Below are positions 45,333 to 56,330 of a stretch of 64,000 nucleotides of DNA, in pieces. Under the pieces are notes generated by a model. That model worked only from the letters and a program-made list of their open reading frames with translations, had not been told where the DNA came from and did not search any database. The stretch covers positions 1,851-65,850 of the forward strand of contig SCRA01000032.1 of NCBI GenBank assembly GCA_004297985.1. The letters run 5' to 3'. Source of the DNA: a bacterium (GTDB lineage: Bacteria; Vulcanimicrobiota; Vulcanimicrobiia; Vulcanimicrobiales; SCRA01). Positions within the stretch are counted from its first letter, which is position 1, and every line of letters begins with the position of its first letter. A program made the position numbers and the translations under genes.

Positions 45333-46931
45333 CTAACCCCGCGACTCGATCAGCGAGAGGATCACGTCGCCCTCTTCCGGGTGCTCTCCGCTGCGGTAGA
45401 CCACGGCACGCCCGCCGCGCGCCCCGCACAGCGGCGGAAGCGGGCGCTCGTGGCGGCGCACCACCGTGAACGGCGTGCCGTGGATGCGGATACGGTCGAG
45501 CACGTCGTGGCCGGCTACGCGCTCGGCTACGAGGGGGGCGGCGAGATCGCGCAAGGCATGCACCGTGCCCGCGTCGAGATGGCGCTCCACGGCACGGCCG
45601 AGTGCGGCGTTGTTGAAGCGCAAGACCACACGCGCATCGTGGCGCAGCGCGCGCGCCGTCAGCGCTACCTTGAGGTTCGTGGTGTCGTCGTTGGCCAGTG
45701 CCACCACTCCCAGCGCGTTCTCCACGCCGGCATACTCGAGCGTGCGCTCGCGCGTGGCATCGCCCGTGAGCACGCTTGCACCGCGGTCTCGCGCTTGAGC
45801 CACGAGTGCCGGATCGGGGTTGCGCTCGACGATCACCACGGGGACGTCGAGCGCGAGCAGATACTCGACCACGCGCGAGCCTACCACCCCGGATCCGCAG
45901 ACCACGACGTGGCCACGCGCGCCGACGCGCCGCATCCCCGCTACCGACTCCTCGCGCCGGCGGACGACGGCATTGGTCAGAAGCGCCACCACGCTGCCCG
46001 TCAAAGCGATGCCGCCGACCATCACCGCGATGGTGAAGCCTTCCACCGGCGGCGAGGCATGCCAAAGCGAGACGTCGCCGTTCTCGGCGATGCGGCTCGT
46101 GACGACGTAGAACGCCTCCAGCGGGCTCAAGTGGAGAACGAAGCTGTAGAAGACGGCTGAGACGAGATAGAGGAACAGCAATGCGGCGCCCACCGAGAAC
46201 GAGATCGGGTCGAGGTGGCGCAGCACCGCGCGCAGCGAGCGGCGATGGCGGCGCCTGGGCAGCGGGACGATGGGGCGGCGTGCGCTGGCGATCTGCGCCA
46301 AGCGCCCGACCGGCGCGAAGACGATCAACTCGTCGGCGGGCTCCAGAGACACATCCTGCGGCGGATGTCCGTTGATCTCCATCACCCGGCCGCGCAGATG
46401 CTCCTCCGCACCGCGCAGGCTCTGGCCCGCGCACTCGAACTCCTCGGCCCGCCCCGCCGCGAAGGCCAGCAGCGCGTCACTAGCCTCGGGGAAGCGGAAC
46501 GCGGAGACGATGTGCGGATCGAGGACCGCGGCTGCGAAGGTGGCCGCGGCGACATCGGCGATCGCTACCACGCCGGCATTGGGGAGGACGCGCTCTAGCT
46601 CGGCGGCCATGCGGCGGTCGAATTGGCGCAAGATCAAGCGCACGTGGGGGTGTGCCTCGCGCGCCAAGAGGCCGACCGTCAAATTGAAGTCGTCGGCCTG
46701 CGCGATGCACACTACCACGGCGCCCGAGGGAAGCGAGAGGTGCTCCCAGGTCGCGAGGTGCTCGGGATCGGCGTCGCGGTAGCGCGCTCCCAAACGCACC
46801 ACGTCTTCGGCGATGCGGCACGGCGCGCGCCAAAGGAGCTCGACGTCGTCCCCCACCGCGCGCAGCTCGCGCAGCACGTCGAGTGCGAGCTCGTCGCCAC
46901 CCACCAGAACCACGTGGAGTCCGCCGCTCAT
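45333..46931 (-). CDS. RCK-(2TM pore-like)-RCK potassium-channel-family protein
   Basis: ATG 46931 ([12 protein letters not shown]...). A central pair of hydrophobic helices flanks a pore-helix-like [15 protein letters not shown]. The second Rossmann motif is [13 protein letters not shown], and each RCK has a TrkA_C-like end. Confidence 0.75.
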   Translation of the reverse strand: MSGGLHVVLVGGDELALDVLRELRAVGDDVELLWRAPCRIAEDVVRLGARYRDADPEHLATWEHLSLPSGAVVVCIAQADDFNLTVGLLAREAHPHVRLILRQFDRRMAAELERVLPNAGVVAIADVAAATFAAAVLDPHIVSAFRFPEASDALLAFAAGRAEEFECAGQSLRGAEEHLRGRVMEINGHPPQDVSLEPADELIVFAPVGRLAQIASARRPIVPLPRRRHRRSLRAVLRHLDPISFSVGAALLFLYLVSAVFYSFVLHLSPLEAFYVVTSRIAENGDVSLWHASPPVEGFTIAVMVGGIALTGSVVALLTNAVVRRREESVAGMRRVGARGHVVVCGSGVVGSRVVEYLLALDVPVVIVERNPDPALVAQARDRGASVLTGDATRERTLEYAGVENALGVVALANDDTTNLKVALTARALRHDARVVLRFNNAALGRAVERHLDAGTVHALRDLAAPLVAERVAGHDVLDRIRIHGTPFTVVRRHERPLPPLCGARGGRAVVYRSGEHPEEGDVILSLIESRG

Positions 46932-46984
46932 CTCCGGGGCGTTCACCCGCCGGGCCACATCGCCTGCCGGCAAGAGAGGCGGAC

Positions 46985-48589
<1,605 letters not shown>

Positions 48590-48600
48590 GGGGCGGGACG

Positions 48601-48864
48601 GTGGGAAAGCGCACGGCACACGATCTGCTCAAGTTCGTCGGCGAACGCTTGATGAGCGCGCGCGTGCAATGCGGGCTCACCCTCGAAGAGGCGGCGGAGG
48701 AAGCCGGCGTCGACGGCGAGCGTCTTGCCGCAGCGGAGGCAGGAGCGCTAGGCCTGCAGGAAGACGAACTCGAAGGCATGGCCGATCTCTACGGCCAGCC
48801 GCTGGAGTGGTTCTTCGGCGGCGAGTCAACGCCGCTGCCGTACCTCCTCGGCGCATCGACGTAG
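48601..48864 (+). CDS. XRE-family helix-turn-helix protein
   Basis: VGERLMSARVQCGLTLEEAAEEAGVDGERLAAAEAG ... LEGMADLYGQPLEWFF resembles HTH_3/HTH_31. GTG 48601 lies 7 nt after GAGGGG; the alternative GTG 48586 overlaps the mccB stop. Confidence 0.6.
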   Translation: MGKRTAHDLLKFVGERLMSARVQCGLTLEEAAEEAGVDGERLAAAEAGALGLQEDELEGMADLYGQPLEWFFGGESTPLPYLLGAST

Positions 48865-48891
48865 ACGGCTTCTTGAGAAAGTCCCTCGTCT

Positions 48892-49779
48892 CTATCGCTT
48901 CACGAACTCGGGGACGGTGCGCTTCACCACGTCGATGAACGCAACGACGCTGGGAGTACGGTAGCGCTTGCGCGGCGTGGCGATGCCGATCGTACGCTGA
49001 AGGCGCGGCTCGCTCACGTCGATGGCCACCACAGCGCTGAGCAGCGGCACGCAGAGGCGCGGCACGAGCGCCACGGCCACGCCCGCCTGAACGAAGCCGC
49101 CGGTAGTCGTGAGATTGGAGGAGCGCACCGCCACCGGCGGATCGATGCCCAGCGCCGCAAAGGCCCGCGTCTGGATCGTCGAGCAGTGGGCATCGCCGCT
49201 GTAGGCAAACGGCTCCTCGGCGATCTCGCGCAGCGAGATGCGGCACCGGCGCGCCAGCGGATGCGCGGGATGGACCACGAGTTGGAAATCCTCGGTGAAC
49301 AGCGGCGTCACGTCGGCGTCGAGGTCGGCAACGGCTCCTTCGACGAAGCCGACGTCGGCGGTGCCCTCGCTCAACCAGCACGCCACGTCGTCGTCCTCGC
49401 CTTCGCGGATCTTGAGATCGACGCGCGGGTGGAGTTGCCGGAACGCCAGAGCCACGCGCGGCAGCAGCCGCCCCGCCACCGACTGCAGCGAGGCCACGCG
49501 CAGCGTCCCGCCTTCGCCGCGCAAGAGCGACTCCACGGCCACCGTTCCGTCCTCCAACTCGGCGAGCGCCCGCTGGGCTCGATCCAGGAAAGCAAGGCCG
49601 GCCGCCGAGGGAACGATGCGGCGCTTGGCCCGGTCGAAGAGCGGTGCCCCCAGCCGGCGCTCGAGCGCCGCTACGTGCTGGCTGACGGCCGCCTGCGTCA
49701 AGCCCAGGCTCTCGGCGGCGCGGGTGAAGCTCCCCACGCGGGCCACTTCGACGGCGGCCTGAAGGTGGCTGGTATTCAT
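48892..49779 (-). CDS. LysR-family transcriptional regulator
   Basis: N-terminal wHTH LQAAVEVARVGSFTRAAESLGLTQAAVSQHVAALE plus a LysR substrate-binding body. Confidence 0.9.
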   Translation of the reverse strand: MNTSHLQAAVEVARVGSFTRAAESLGLTQAAVSQHVAALERRLGAPLFDRAKRRIVPSAAGLAFLDRAQRALAELEDGTVAVESLLRGEGGTLRVASLQSVAGRLLPRVALAFRQLHPRVDLKIREGEDDDVACWLSEGTADVGFVEGAVADLDADVTPLFTEDFQLVVHPAHPLARRCRISLREIAEEPFAYSGDAHCSTIQTRAFAALGIDPPVAVRSSNLTTTGGFVQAGVAVALVPRLCVPLLSAVVAIDVSEPRLQRTIGIATPRKRYRTPSVVAFIDVVKRTVPEFVKR

Positions 49780-49838
49780 CGTGTTTCCTTATGGAATCAT
49801 GAAGACAATCGGCATTTACATTATACTAGTCGACGGCT
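49780..49838. promoter_or_regulatory. Divergent LysR / EamA promoter region
   Basis: Locally AT-rich 59-nt spacer (ttatggaatcatgaagacaatcggcatttacattatactagtcgac) between the divergent starts. This is the classic position for a LysR operator; I could not define a clean T-N11-A box. Confidence 0.4.
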
Positions 49839-50783
49839 ATGCTAACAACAATGGCTTCGCATCGCACCTCTCGTTGGCTCATCTATATCGGGTTGACCGC
49901 TGTGGTTATCTTCTGGGGGTTGAACGTGGTCGCCATGAAGGCGGCGTTCGTGCATTGGAACCCGCTGGGCTTCACCGGCCTGCGCTTCTTGGCGATGGTC
50001 CCGCTGGCGATCGGCATCGCCCGTATGCGTGGCGAGTCGCTGCGCATCGAGCGCCGCGACCTGCCCGCGCTGCTGGTGTGTGCCGGTTGCGGCTATGGCG
50101 TCTACCAGTACTTCTACGTCATCGGGCTGGCGCATACCACGGCCTTCGCCTCGGCGCTGCTCAGCTCGCTGGCCCCCATCTTCACCCTGATGCTGGCCGT
50201 GGCGCTGGGCCACGAGCGCTCGCGCACGGGCCGTTGGATCGGCGCCGCCATCGCGCTGTTCGGCGTCGCCGTTTTCGAAGGCGCCTTCGCCGGCCGTGCC
50301 GCGATTCGCCTGGGCGACGCCTTGACGATCGCGGCCGCGGCGATCTTCGCGGGCTACAATATCTTCGCCAGCCGCCTGCTGCAGCGCTACTCTCCCACGT
50401 CTCTGATCGCGATCACCCTGACGCTGGGCGCAGTCATGATCGCCCCCGGCGGTGTCTGGGGCTTTGCCCATCAGAACTTCGCCCGCCTGACGTCCTTCGA
50501 CTGGCTTCTGTTGCTCTATGCGGTCATCTTCCCGATGGTCATCGGCTATCAACTCTGGAGTTGGGGCATCTCCAAGATCGGCGCTGGGCCAACCTCGATC
50601 TTCAATTTCGCCGTGCCGATCGTCGCGGGGCTCGCCGGCGTCGCCTTCCTGCGCATGCCGATCACGTCCTACGAGATCACCGGCGCCACGATCTGTATCG
50701 CGGGTATGGCCGCCGCACAACTCCTCGCTCGCTTCTCGCTGACCAGCCTCTGGACCCAATTGGTCGTCCCGGTAGAGCGGTAG
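49839..50783 (+). CDS. EamA/DMT-family transporter
   Basis: About ten hydrophobic helices with two EamA-like halves. Confidence 0.85.
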   Translation: MLTTMASHRTSRWLIYIGLTAVVIFWGLNVVAMKAAFVHWNPLGFTGLRFLAMVPLAIGIARMRGESLRIERRDLPALLVCAGCGYGVYQYFYVIGLAHTTAFASALLSSLAPIFTLMLAVALGHERSRTGRWIGAAIALFGVAVFEGAFAGRAAIRLGDALTIAAAAIFAGYNIFASRLLQRYSPTSLIAITLTLGAVMIAPGGVWGFAHQNFARLTSFDWLLLLYAVIFPMVIGYQLWSWGISKIGAGPTSIFNFAVPIVAGLAGVAFLRMPITSYEITGATICIAGMAAAQLLARFSLTSLWTQLVVPVER

Positions 50784-50790
50784 GCGATCC

Positions 50791-51696
50791 ATGAGCGAAC
50801 GAGTGAAGATCGTCGCGGCATACGCGTCGATGGTTCTGATCTGGGGTACGACGTGGCTGGCCATCAAGTGGGCCTTGGCCTATATGCCGCCGCTCCAAGG
50901 CGTGGGATTCCGCTATCTGATCGCCGGACTCTTCGTGCTGATCCTGGCCCGCATGACGCACGCACCCTGGCCGCGCGGCGGACCGGCATGGAAGGTCGTG
51001 GGCATCACGGCCTTTGCGCTCTTCGGTCTCAACTACGCCCTTACGTATTTCTCCGAGGAGCACATCACCTCGGGTCTGGCCGCCGTGCTCTTCGGGACGG
51101 CTCCGTTTTGGATCATGCTCTTCGCCTACTTCATGGCGGGCGAATCGCTGACGGCGCGCAAGGTCGCCGGATCGCTGCTGGCCTTGGCAGGAGTGGCGGC
51201 GATCTCGCTCTCGGGGGCCGAGCGCGGTACGCTTGTCGGCATCGCGGAGATCCTTGCCGCAGCGTTGCTCGCCGCTTTCGGCAACGTGTACGTCAAGCGG
51301 CATCAGGAGCATGCCGAACCATTGGTGGTGATCCCGCCGGCGATGCTGATCTCCGGCGTCTTCTTCACCGCGCTGGGCCTCTCGATCGAGCCGCACGACG
51401 CGCGGGCGTTCGCGCTCCCTTCGCTGGGCGCGCTGCTCTACCTCGGCCTCTTCGGCAGCGGAATCGCCTTCCTGCTCAACTACGTGCTGCTGCGCCGGTT
51501 GCCGGCCTCGATCGTCGGCCTCAACGGGCTGATGATTCCGGTGGTCGCTGTGGTGATCGGCGTCGCCGCCGCAGGCGAGCACTTCACGACTCAGGATCTG
51601 CTAGGCGCCGCGTTGGTGCTCGCCGGCGTGGCGCTCGCCATGACCGGCGGCCACCGGCTTCCCGCGCCCTCGCGCTACGTTCCCGACGTGAGGTAA
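50791..51696 (+). CDS. EamA/DMT-family transporter (second copy)
   Basis: About ten hydrophobic helices. Starts 8 nt after the previous EamA gene. Confidence 0.85.
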   Translation: MSERVKIVAAYASMVLIWGTTWLAIKWALAYMPPLQGVGFRYLIAGLFVLILARMTHAPWPRGGPAWKVVGITAFALFGLNYALTYFSEEHITSGLAAVLFGTAPFWIMLFAYFMAGESLTARKVAGSLLALAGVAAISLSGAERGTLVGIAEILAAALLAAFGNVYVKRHQEHAEPLVVIPPAMLISGVFFTALGLSIEPHDARAFALPSLGALLYLGLFGSGIAFLLNYVLLRRLPASIVGLNGLMIPVVAVVIGVAAAGEHFTTQDLLGAALVLAGVALAMTGGHRLPAPSRYVPDVR

Positions 51697-52094
51697 CCGC
51701 AGGAGACGTAGTGCGTCAGGTTCTTCGCGCCGGCGTGAACGTTCACGCTGTAGTTTCCCGACATGAGTTTGCGCAGCGGAACGTTGACCAGCGTCGTCGA
51801 GCGTCCGTTCACCACGGGATTGAGCGGATAGGTCGGCACGGGATTGATGTTCGGGCACTCCCCACGATGAACGTGGGCAGGTTCGATACGACCGGCAGGC
51901 GCGCCGTCGAGGCGAACGCTCACGAACGTCTTCTCGCCCCGTGCGACGAGCGTGACGAAGCCGGCTTGCCCGGAGTTGTTCTGCTGTTCCATGCCGCGCT
52001 GCGTGTTCAGGCCTCCGCCGGTCACCTGCGCCGCGGCGACGCCTCCGGCGGCTAGCGCTAGGACCAGAGAGAGAACCGCTAGATGAATGCGCAT
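51675..52094 (-). CDS. Secreted small beta-sandwich-like protein (CHRD/Cu-Zn-SOD-like), paralog 1
   Basis: Signal peptide MRIHLAVLSLVLALAAGGVAAAQ. Shares blocks with 52225..52626: NNSGxxGxVTLxARG, PAHVHRGxC, GRSxTLVN, KLMSGNxxVNVHA, YVxCG. Confidence 0.65.
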   Translation of the reverse strand: MRIHLAVLSLVLALAAGGVAAAQVTGGGLNTQRGMEQQNNSGQAGFVTLVARGEKTFVSVRLDGAPAGRIEPAHVHRGECPNINPVPTYPLNPVVNGRSTTLVNVPLRKLMSGNYSVNVHAGAKNLTHYVSCGYLTSGT

Positions 52095-52164
52095 AGAGCC
52101 TCCTTGTCGTGACTAGGTTGTCTTCCTACCCACTTGGAAGCCCCCGACACACCTTGCGGCGAGA

Positions 52165-52193
52165 AGGGGCGCCGCCCAACGGGCGACGCCCCT
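52165..52193 (-). terminator. Hairpin after the upstream CHRD/SOD-like gene
   Basis: aggggcgccgccc-aac-gggcgacgcccct forms a 13-bp stem with one mismatch, located between the two paralogs. No U-tract. Confidence 0.4.
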
Positions 52194-52224
52194 CTTGCTC
52201 ACCACGACTTGCCGCGCGATACGG

Positions 52225-52626
52225 TTAGCGGACGAGCTCTCCGCAAGCCACGTATCGCTTCAGGTTCTTCGTCGAGGCATGCACGTTGACGGCGAAGTTG
52301 CCCGACATCAACTTACTCAGCGAAGCGTTGACCAGCGTGTTCGAGCGGCCGCTCACGACGTTGCTCAGCGCGAACGCGGGGTTCGGGTTGAGATTATCGC
52401 AGGAGCCGCGATGGACGTGCGCCGGCTGCGCGACGCCTTTTGGTCCACCCTGCACGCTGAGCGAGACCTCCGTTTTGCTGCCGCGCGCCGCGAGCGTGAC
52501 GGTGCCGACCTCACCGGAGTTGTTGAGGCCCATCAGTCCGATCTTCTCCGGGGGAGCGGCGAATACGGGGGTAAGGCTGGTTACCGCGAAAGCCAATGCC
52601 GCGGCGATGGCGAGATGAATGCGCAT
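52225..52626 (-). CDS. Secreted small beta-sandwich-like protein (CHRD/Cu-Zn-SOD-like), paralog 2
   Basis: Signal peptide MRIHLAIAAALAFAVTSLTPVFA-AP. Collinear with 51675..52094. Confidence 0.65.
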   Translation of the reverse strand: MRIHLAIAAALAFAVTSLTPVFAAPPEKIGLMGLNNSGEVGTVTLAARGSKTEVSLSVQGGPKGVAQPAHVHRGSCDNLNPNPAFALSNVVSGRSNTLVNASLSKLMSGNFAVNVHASTKNLKRYVACGELVR

Positions 52627-52645
52627 GGAGTCTCCCTTCCGCGCG

Positions 52646-53488
52646 TCATTCCAGCATCTGATCGAGCTTCCTTGCAGAGCCCTTGGCGACCGCAGCGATC
52701 AAATGCGCGCGCACGGCTTGGGCTTGAGCGCCGTCGAAGCGCGCCGCCCACTCCGACATCGATGGCTGCCCTACCGTCGCGTTCGCCGACGTCACGACGG
52801 CACAGTCCCCTACACAGACGCCTTTTTCCGCGATGCGCGCGATCTCGACGTCGACACCGTGTGCCGCCAATGCCTCCAGCGCCTTGTGTTCGAGCGGCTT
52901 GCCTACACCACCGATGCCGACGATGACCCGCTCGTGCAGCTCGCCCGCCCGAGCGAGCAGCTCGCGAACCAACGGCGAGTAGTTGGCGTACTCGCTCACC
53001 ACGAACACCTCGCTTCCCGCCGGCGCCGCGCGAACGAGCTGCGTCTCCAGTTCCTGCGCGCCGGCCTTCCCAGCGAGCACGAGATCATCACTGGCAGCGG
53101 GCGCCCCCGCGATGGCCGCCTCCACGGCGCCGGCCTCATCCGTGCGTACGAGCGTCTCGTCACGGGCGAAGTTACGATCGGCGAGGTAGGCTTCCCGTCC
53201 GTCCACGACAACCGCCTTGAGATGCTCGATACGCTCGCGCTCCTCGGTCACCTGGACGCCGGCGGCGCGCAGCTCACGTACCCGTGCCTCCAGCCCTCGC
53301 GCCCGCTGCGAGCCCTCCGGCATCGTTCCCGGCACGTGGAGCGTCACGGCGGCGCCGCGCCGTGCCGCCGCGGCTAGGGCGCGGGTAAAGTCCGGCGCCG
53401 GGAGATAGACGGCGGCATCGATGCGACGCGCGCTCGCCAGCGCATCGAACATGCGCGCTTGGGAAGAGATGGCGATCATACCCGCCAC
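52646..53488 (-). CDS. Phospholipase D-fold (HKD) protein, two lobes, one intact HKD
   Basis: Lobe 1 is HLKAVVVDGREAYLADRN (H-x-K-x4-D ... N). Lobe 2 is AEKGVCVGDCAVVTSAN, where the His position is Ala. No transmembrane segment or signal peptide. Confidence 0.7.
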   Translation of the reverse strand: MAGMIAISSQARMFDALASARRIDAAVYLPAPDFTRALAAAARRGAAVTLHVPGTMPEGSQRARGLEARVRELRAAGVQVTEERERIEHLKAVVVDGREAYLADRNFARDETLVRTDEAGAVEAAIAGAPAASDDLVLAGKAGAQELETQLVRAAPAGSEVFVVSEYANYSPLVRELLARAGELHERVIVGIGGVGKPLEHKALEALAAHGVDVEIARIAEKGVCVGDCAVVTSANATVGQPSMSEWAARFDGAQAQAVRAHLIAAVAKGSARKLDQMLE

Positions 53489-53583
53489 TCTGCTCGGCTC
53501 GGGTCGAATCGCAAGCCGTTGCCTGGGGCCTCGTGGAGGGGGACGGCAGGGGATCGCCTGCGCGCGGGCAGAACGCGCCTGCG

Positions 53584-54369
53584 ATGCTCTATCAGAATCT
53601 ACGCCTCTCGACCGAGGATGGGGTTGCGCGCGTCACGCTCGCCCGGCCCGAAGTCCGCAACGCCTTCAATGCCGACCTGATCCGCGAGCTCAGCGACGCG
53701 TTCGCGCGCTTGGGCGCCGACCCGAACGTGCGCGCCATCGTGCTCGCCGGTGAAGGGAAGACATTCTCCGGGGGCGCCGACCTCAACTGGATGCGCGCCG
53801 CACTCGACTGCACCGAGGAGGAGAATATCGAGGACGCGCTGGCGATGAGCGACATGTTCCGCACCGTCGACCGCTGCCCCAAGCCCACGATCGCGCGCGT
53901 CCACGGCGCCGCGCTCGGGGGTGGCGTCGGCCTCTGCGCCGTCTGCGACGTCGTGGTCTCCGCCAGCGACGCCATTTTCGGCTTCACGGAGGTGAAGCTC
54001 GGCATCCTCCCAGCCGTGATCTCACCGTTTGCCATCGCCAAGATCGGGCGCTCGCACGCGCGGGCGCTCTTCCTCACCGGCGAACGCTTCGGAGTAGACC
54101 GCGCCATGGCGATCGGCCTGGTGCATCACTGCGCCGACGCCGACGAGCTCGATCTCTCGATCGATCGTCTCCTAGGCGAGCTCCGTTCGGCGGGTCCGCA
54201 GGCTACGCAAATCGCCAAGCGCATGATCGAAGAAGTCTGCGCCGTCGATTATGACGCCTCACGCGAGCTCACGGCCAAACGCATCGCGTCCCAGCGCGTC
54301 ACGCGCGAGGGACAGGAAGGCATTCGCGCCTTCCTGGACAAGCGCAAGGCCGACTGGGTGCGCCAATGA
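53584..54369 (+). CDS. liuC: Enoyl-CoA hydratase (methylglutaconyl-CoA hydratase-like)
   Basis: Crotonase fold: VARVTLARPEVRNAFN, GEGKTFSGGADL, RVHGAALGGG. Its position upstream of mccA-hmgL supports the call. Confidence 0.85.
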   Translation: MLYQNLRLSTEDGVARVTLARPEVRNAFNADLIRELSDAFARLGADPNVRAIVLAGEGKTFSGGADLNWMRAALDCTEEENIEDALAMSDMFRTVDRCPKPTIARVHGAALGGGVGLCAVCDVVVSASDAIFGFTEVKLGILPAVISPFAIAKIGRSHARALFLTGERFGVDRAMAIGLVHHCADADELDLSIDRLLGELRSAGPQATQIAKRMIEEVCAVDYDASRELTAKRIASQRVTREGQEGIRAFLDKRKADWVRQ

Positions 54370-56330
54370 GCATCCGCGCCGCGCGCATACGCCGTCTGCT
54401 GATCGCCAACCGCGGAGAGATCGCCGTGCGGATCGCGCGCGGCGCGCGCGAGTTAGGCATCGTGCCGCTGGGCATCTACAGCGAAGCCGACGCGGGCGCC
54501 TACCATCTGAGCTCCATGGACGACGCGCTGTGCGTGGGCGCGGCTCCGGCGGCGGAGTCCTATCTCTGCATCGAGGCCATCGTCGCCGCCGGGCGCACGC
54601 TGCGCGCCGATGCCGTCCACCCCGGCTACGGCTTCCTCAGCGAACGTGCCGAGTTCGCGCAGGCGGTGGCCGACGCTGGGATGACGTTCGTCGGTCCCAC
54701 GCCGGCGGCCATGCGCGCGATGGGCTCGAAGATCGAGGCCAAACGGCGCGTGCGCGAGCGCGGCGTCCCCGTCCTCCCGGGCTACGACGGCGACGACCAA
54801 TCGCCGGCCCGGCTGCGCCGCGAGGCCAAGGCGATCGGCACGCCATTGCTGATCAAGGCCAGCGCCGGCGGCGGCGGGCGCGGCATGCGCGCGGTAGACG
54901 ATCTGGCGCATTTCGACGAAGCGCTGGAGGCTGCCAAGCGCGAGGCATTGGCCGCCTTCGGCGACGACGCCGTGCTCTTAGAGCGCTACTTGCGCAACCC
55001 GCGCCACGTCGAGATCCAGATTATCGCTGACGTGCACGGCAACACGCTCTTCTTGGGGGAGCGTGAGTGCTCCATCCAACGCCGCCATCAAAAGGTGCTC
55101 GAGGAGTCGCCCAGCCCCGTGCTCACGCCGGAGCTGCGCGCCGAGATGGGACGCAGTGCCGTCTCTGCGGCACAGGCAGCGGGCTACACCAATGCCGGAA
55201 CGGTAGAGTTCATGCTCGACGAGGACGGCCGCTTCTATTTCTTGGAGATGAACGCACGCCTGCAGGTCGAGCACCCCGTGACCGAGCTGGCCTACGGCGT
55301 GGACCTGGTGCACTTGCAAATCGCCGTGGCAAACAGAGAGACGATTGCGCTCGCGCAAGATGCGGTTACGCCGCGCGGTCACGCCATCGAAGTGCGCCTG
55401 TACGCGGAGGACCCCGCAAGCGGCTTCCTCCCCGCCAGCGGGACGCTGGTGCGCTGGCGGATGCCGGAGGGCCCGGGAATCCGCGTGGACGCCGGCGTTA
55501 CCGAAGGCGACGAAGTCTCGATCTATTACGACCCGATGCTTGCCAAGATCATCGCCTGGGGCCCCGATCGCGCGAGCGCCATCGCGCGCCTCACGGCGGC
55601 CTTGGATCGCGCCGAGGCGGCAGGCGTCAGGACGAACCTGCCGTTTCTGCGTTGGCTGGTGCGCGACGCGTGGTTCCACGAAGGGCGGACCACGACGAGC
55701 TTCCTCAGCGAGCGTTTGCGCCCGGATCAGTTCGCCGCGAGCGTCCCGCCGGAGCGCGCCCTGGCCGCCGCCGCGGCGCTGGTGCTCGTGGAGCGCGCAC
55801 CATTCCGCATCGCACAGACGGGAATTCCTCTGTCCCTGCGCCTCGACGAGCACGTCTACCGAATGATCTTCGATCGCTATGCCGCGGGCTGGCATGCCCA
55901 CGGCGATCTCGAAGGCGATCTGGCGACGGCGCGTCACGGCGACGGCATCGAGGTGCGCTACGGCGGCGAGCGCCTTGCCGTGGGCGGCTGCGTGGACGAG
56001 GAAGGTGTGACGTTCGCGCTTGACGGTCAGACCTACGCGTTCGTCTTCGCCACGCCGCCGTCGGTAGCCGATCCGCACCACGCCGCCGGGGGCGCCGCCG
56101 ACGGCGGAATGACCTTGCGCGCGCCGATGCCCGGCAAGATTCTCAAGGTCACGGCAAGGGCAGGCGAGCGCGTCGACGAGCGGGAGCTGCTGGTCGTGCT
56201 CGAAGCGATGAAGATGGAGCACCGCATCGAGGCGCCGAACGATGCCAAGGTAGCCGCCGTCAAGGTGCGCGAAGGAGAGCTGGTCACCGCCGGAGCACCG
56301 CTGGTGGAGCTGGAGCCGTTGTCGCCATGA
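54366..56330 (+). CDS. mccA: Methylcrotonoyl-CoA carboxylase biotin-carboxylase/BCCP (alpha) subunit
   Basis: Biotin carboxylase N-terminus RLLIANRGEIAVRI, an ATP-grasp domain, and the C-terminal biotinyl motif LEAMKMEH. Confidence 0.9.
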   Translation: MSIRAARIRRLLIANRGEIAVRIARGARELGIVPLGIYSEADAGAYHLSSMDDALCVGAAPAAESYLCIEAIVAAGRTLRADAVHPGYGFLSERAEFAQAVADAGMTFVGPTPAAMRAMGSKIEAKRRVRERGVPVLPGYDGDDQSPARLRREAKAIGTPLLIKASAGGGGRGMRAVDDLAHFDEALEAAKREALAAFGDDAVLLERYLRNPRHVEIQIIADVHGNTLFLGERECSIQRRHQKVLEESPSPVLTPELRAEMGRSAVSAAQAAGYTNAGTVEFMLDEDGRFYFLEMNARLQVEHPVTELAYGVDLVHLQIAVANRETIALAQDAVTPRGHAIEVRLYAEDPASGFLPASGTLVRWRMPEGPGIRVDAGVTEGDEVSIYYDPMLAKIIAWGPDRASAIARLTAALDRAEAAGVRTNLPFLRWLVRDAWFHEGRTTTSFLSERLRPDQFAASVPPERALAAAAALVLVERAPFRIAQTGIPLSLRLDEHVYRMIFDRYAAGWHAHGDLEGDLATARHGDGIEVRYGGERLAVGGCVDEEGVTFALDGQTYAFVFATPPSVADPHHAAGGAADGGMTLRAPMPGKILKVTARAGERVDERELLVVLEAMKMEHRIEAPNDAKVAAVKVREGELVTAGAPLVELEPLSP

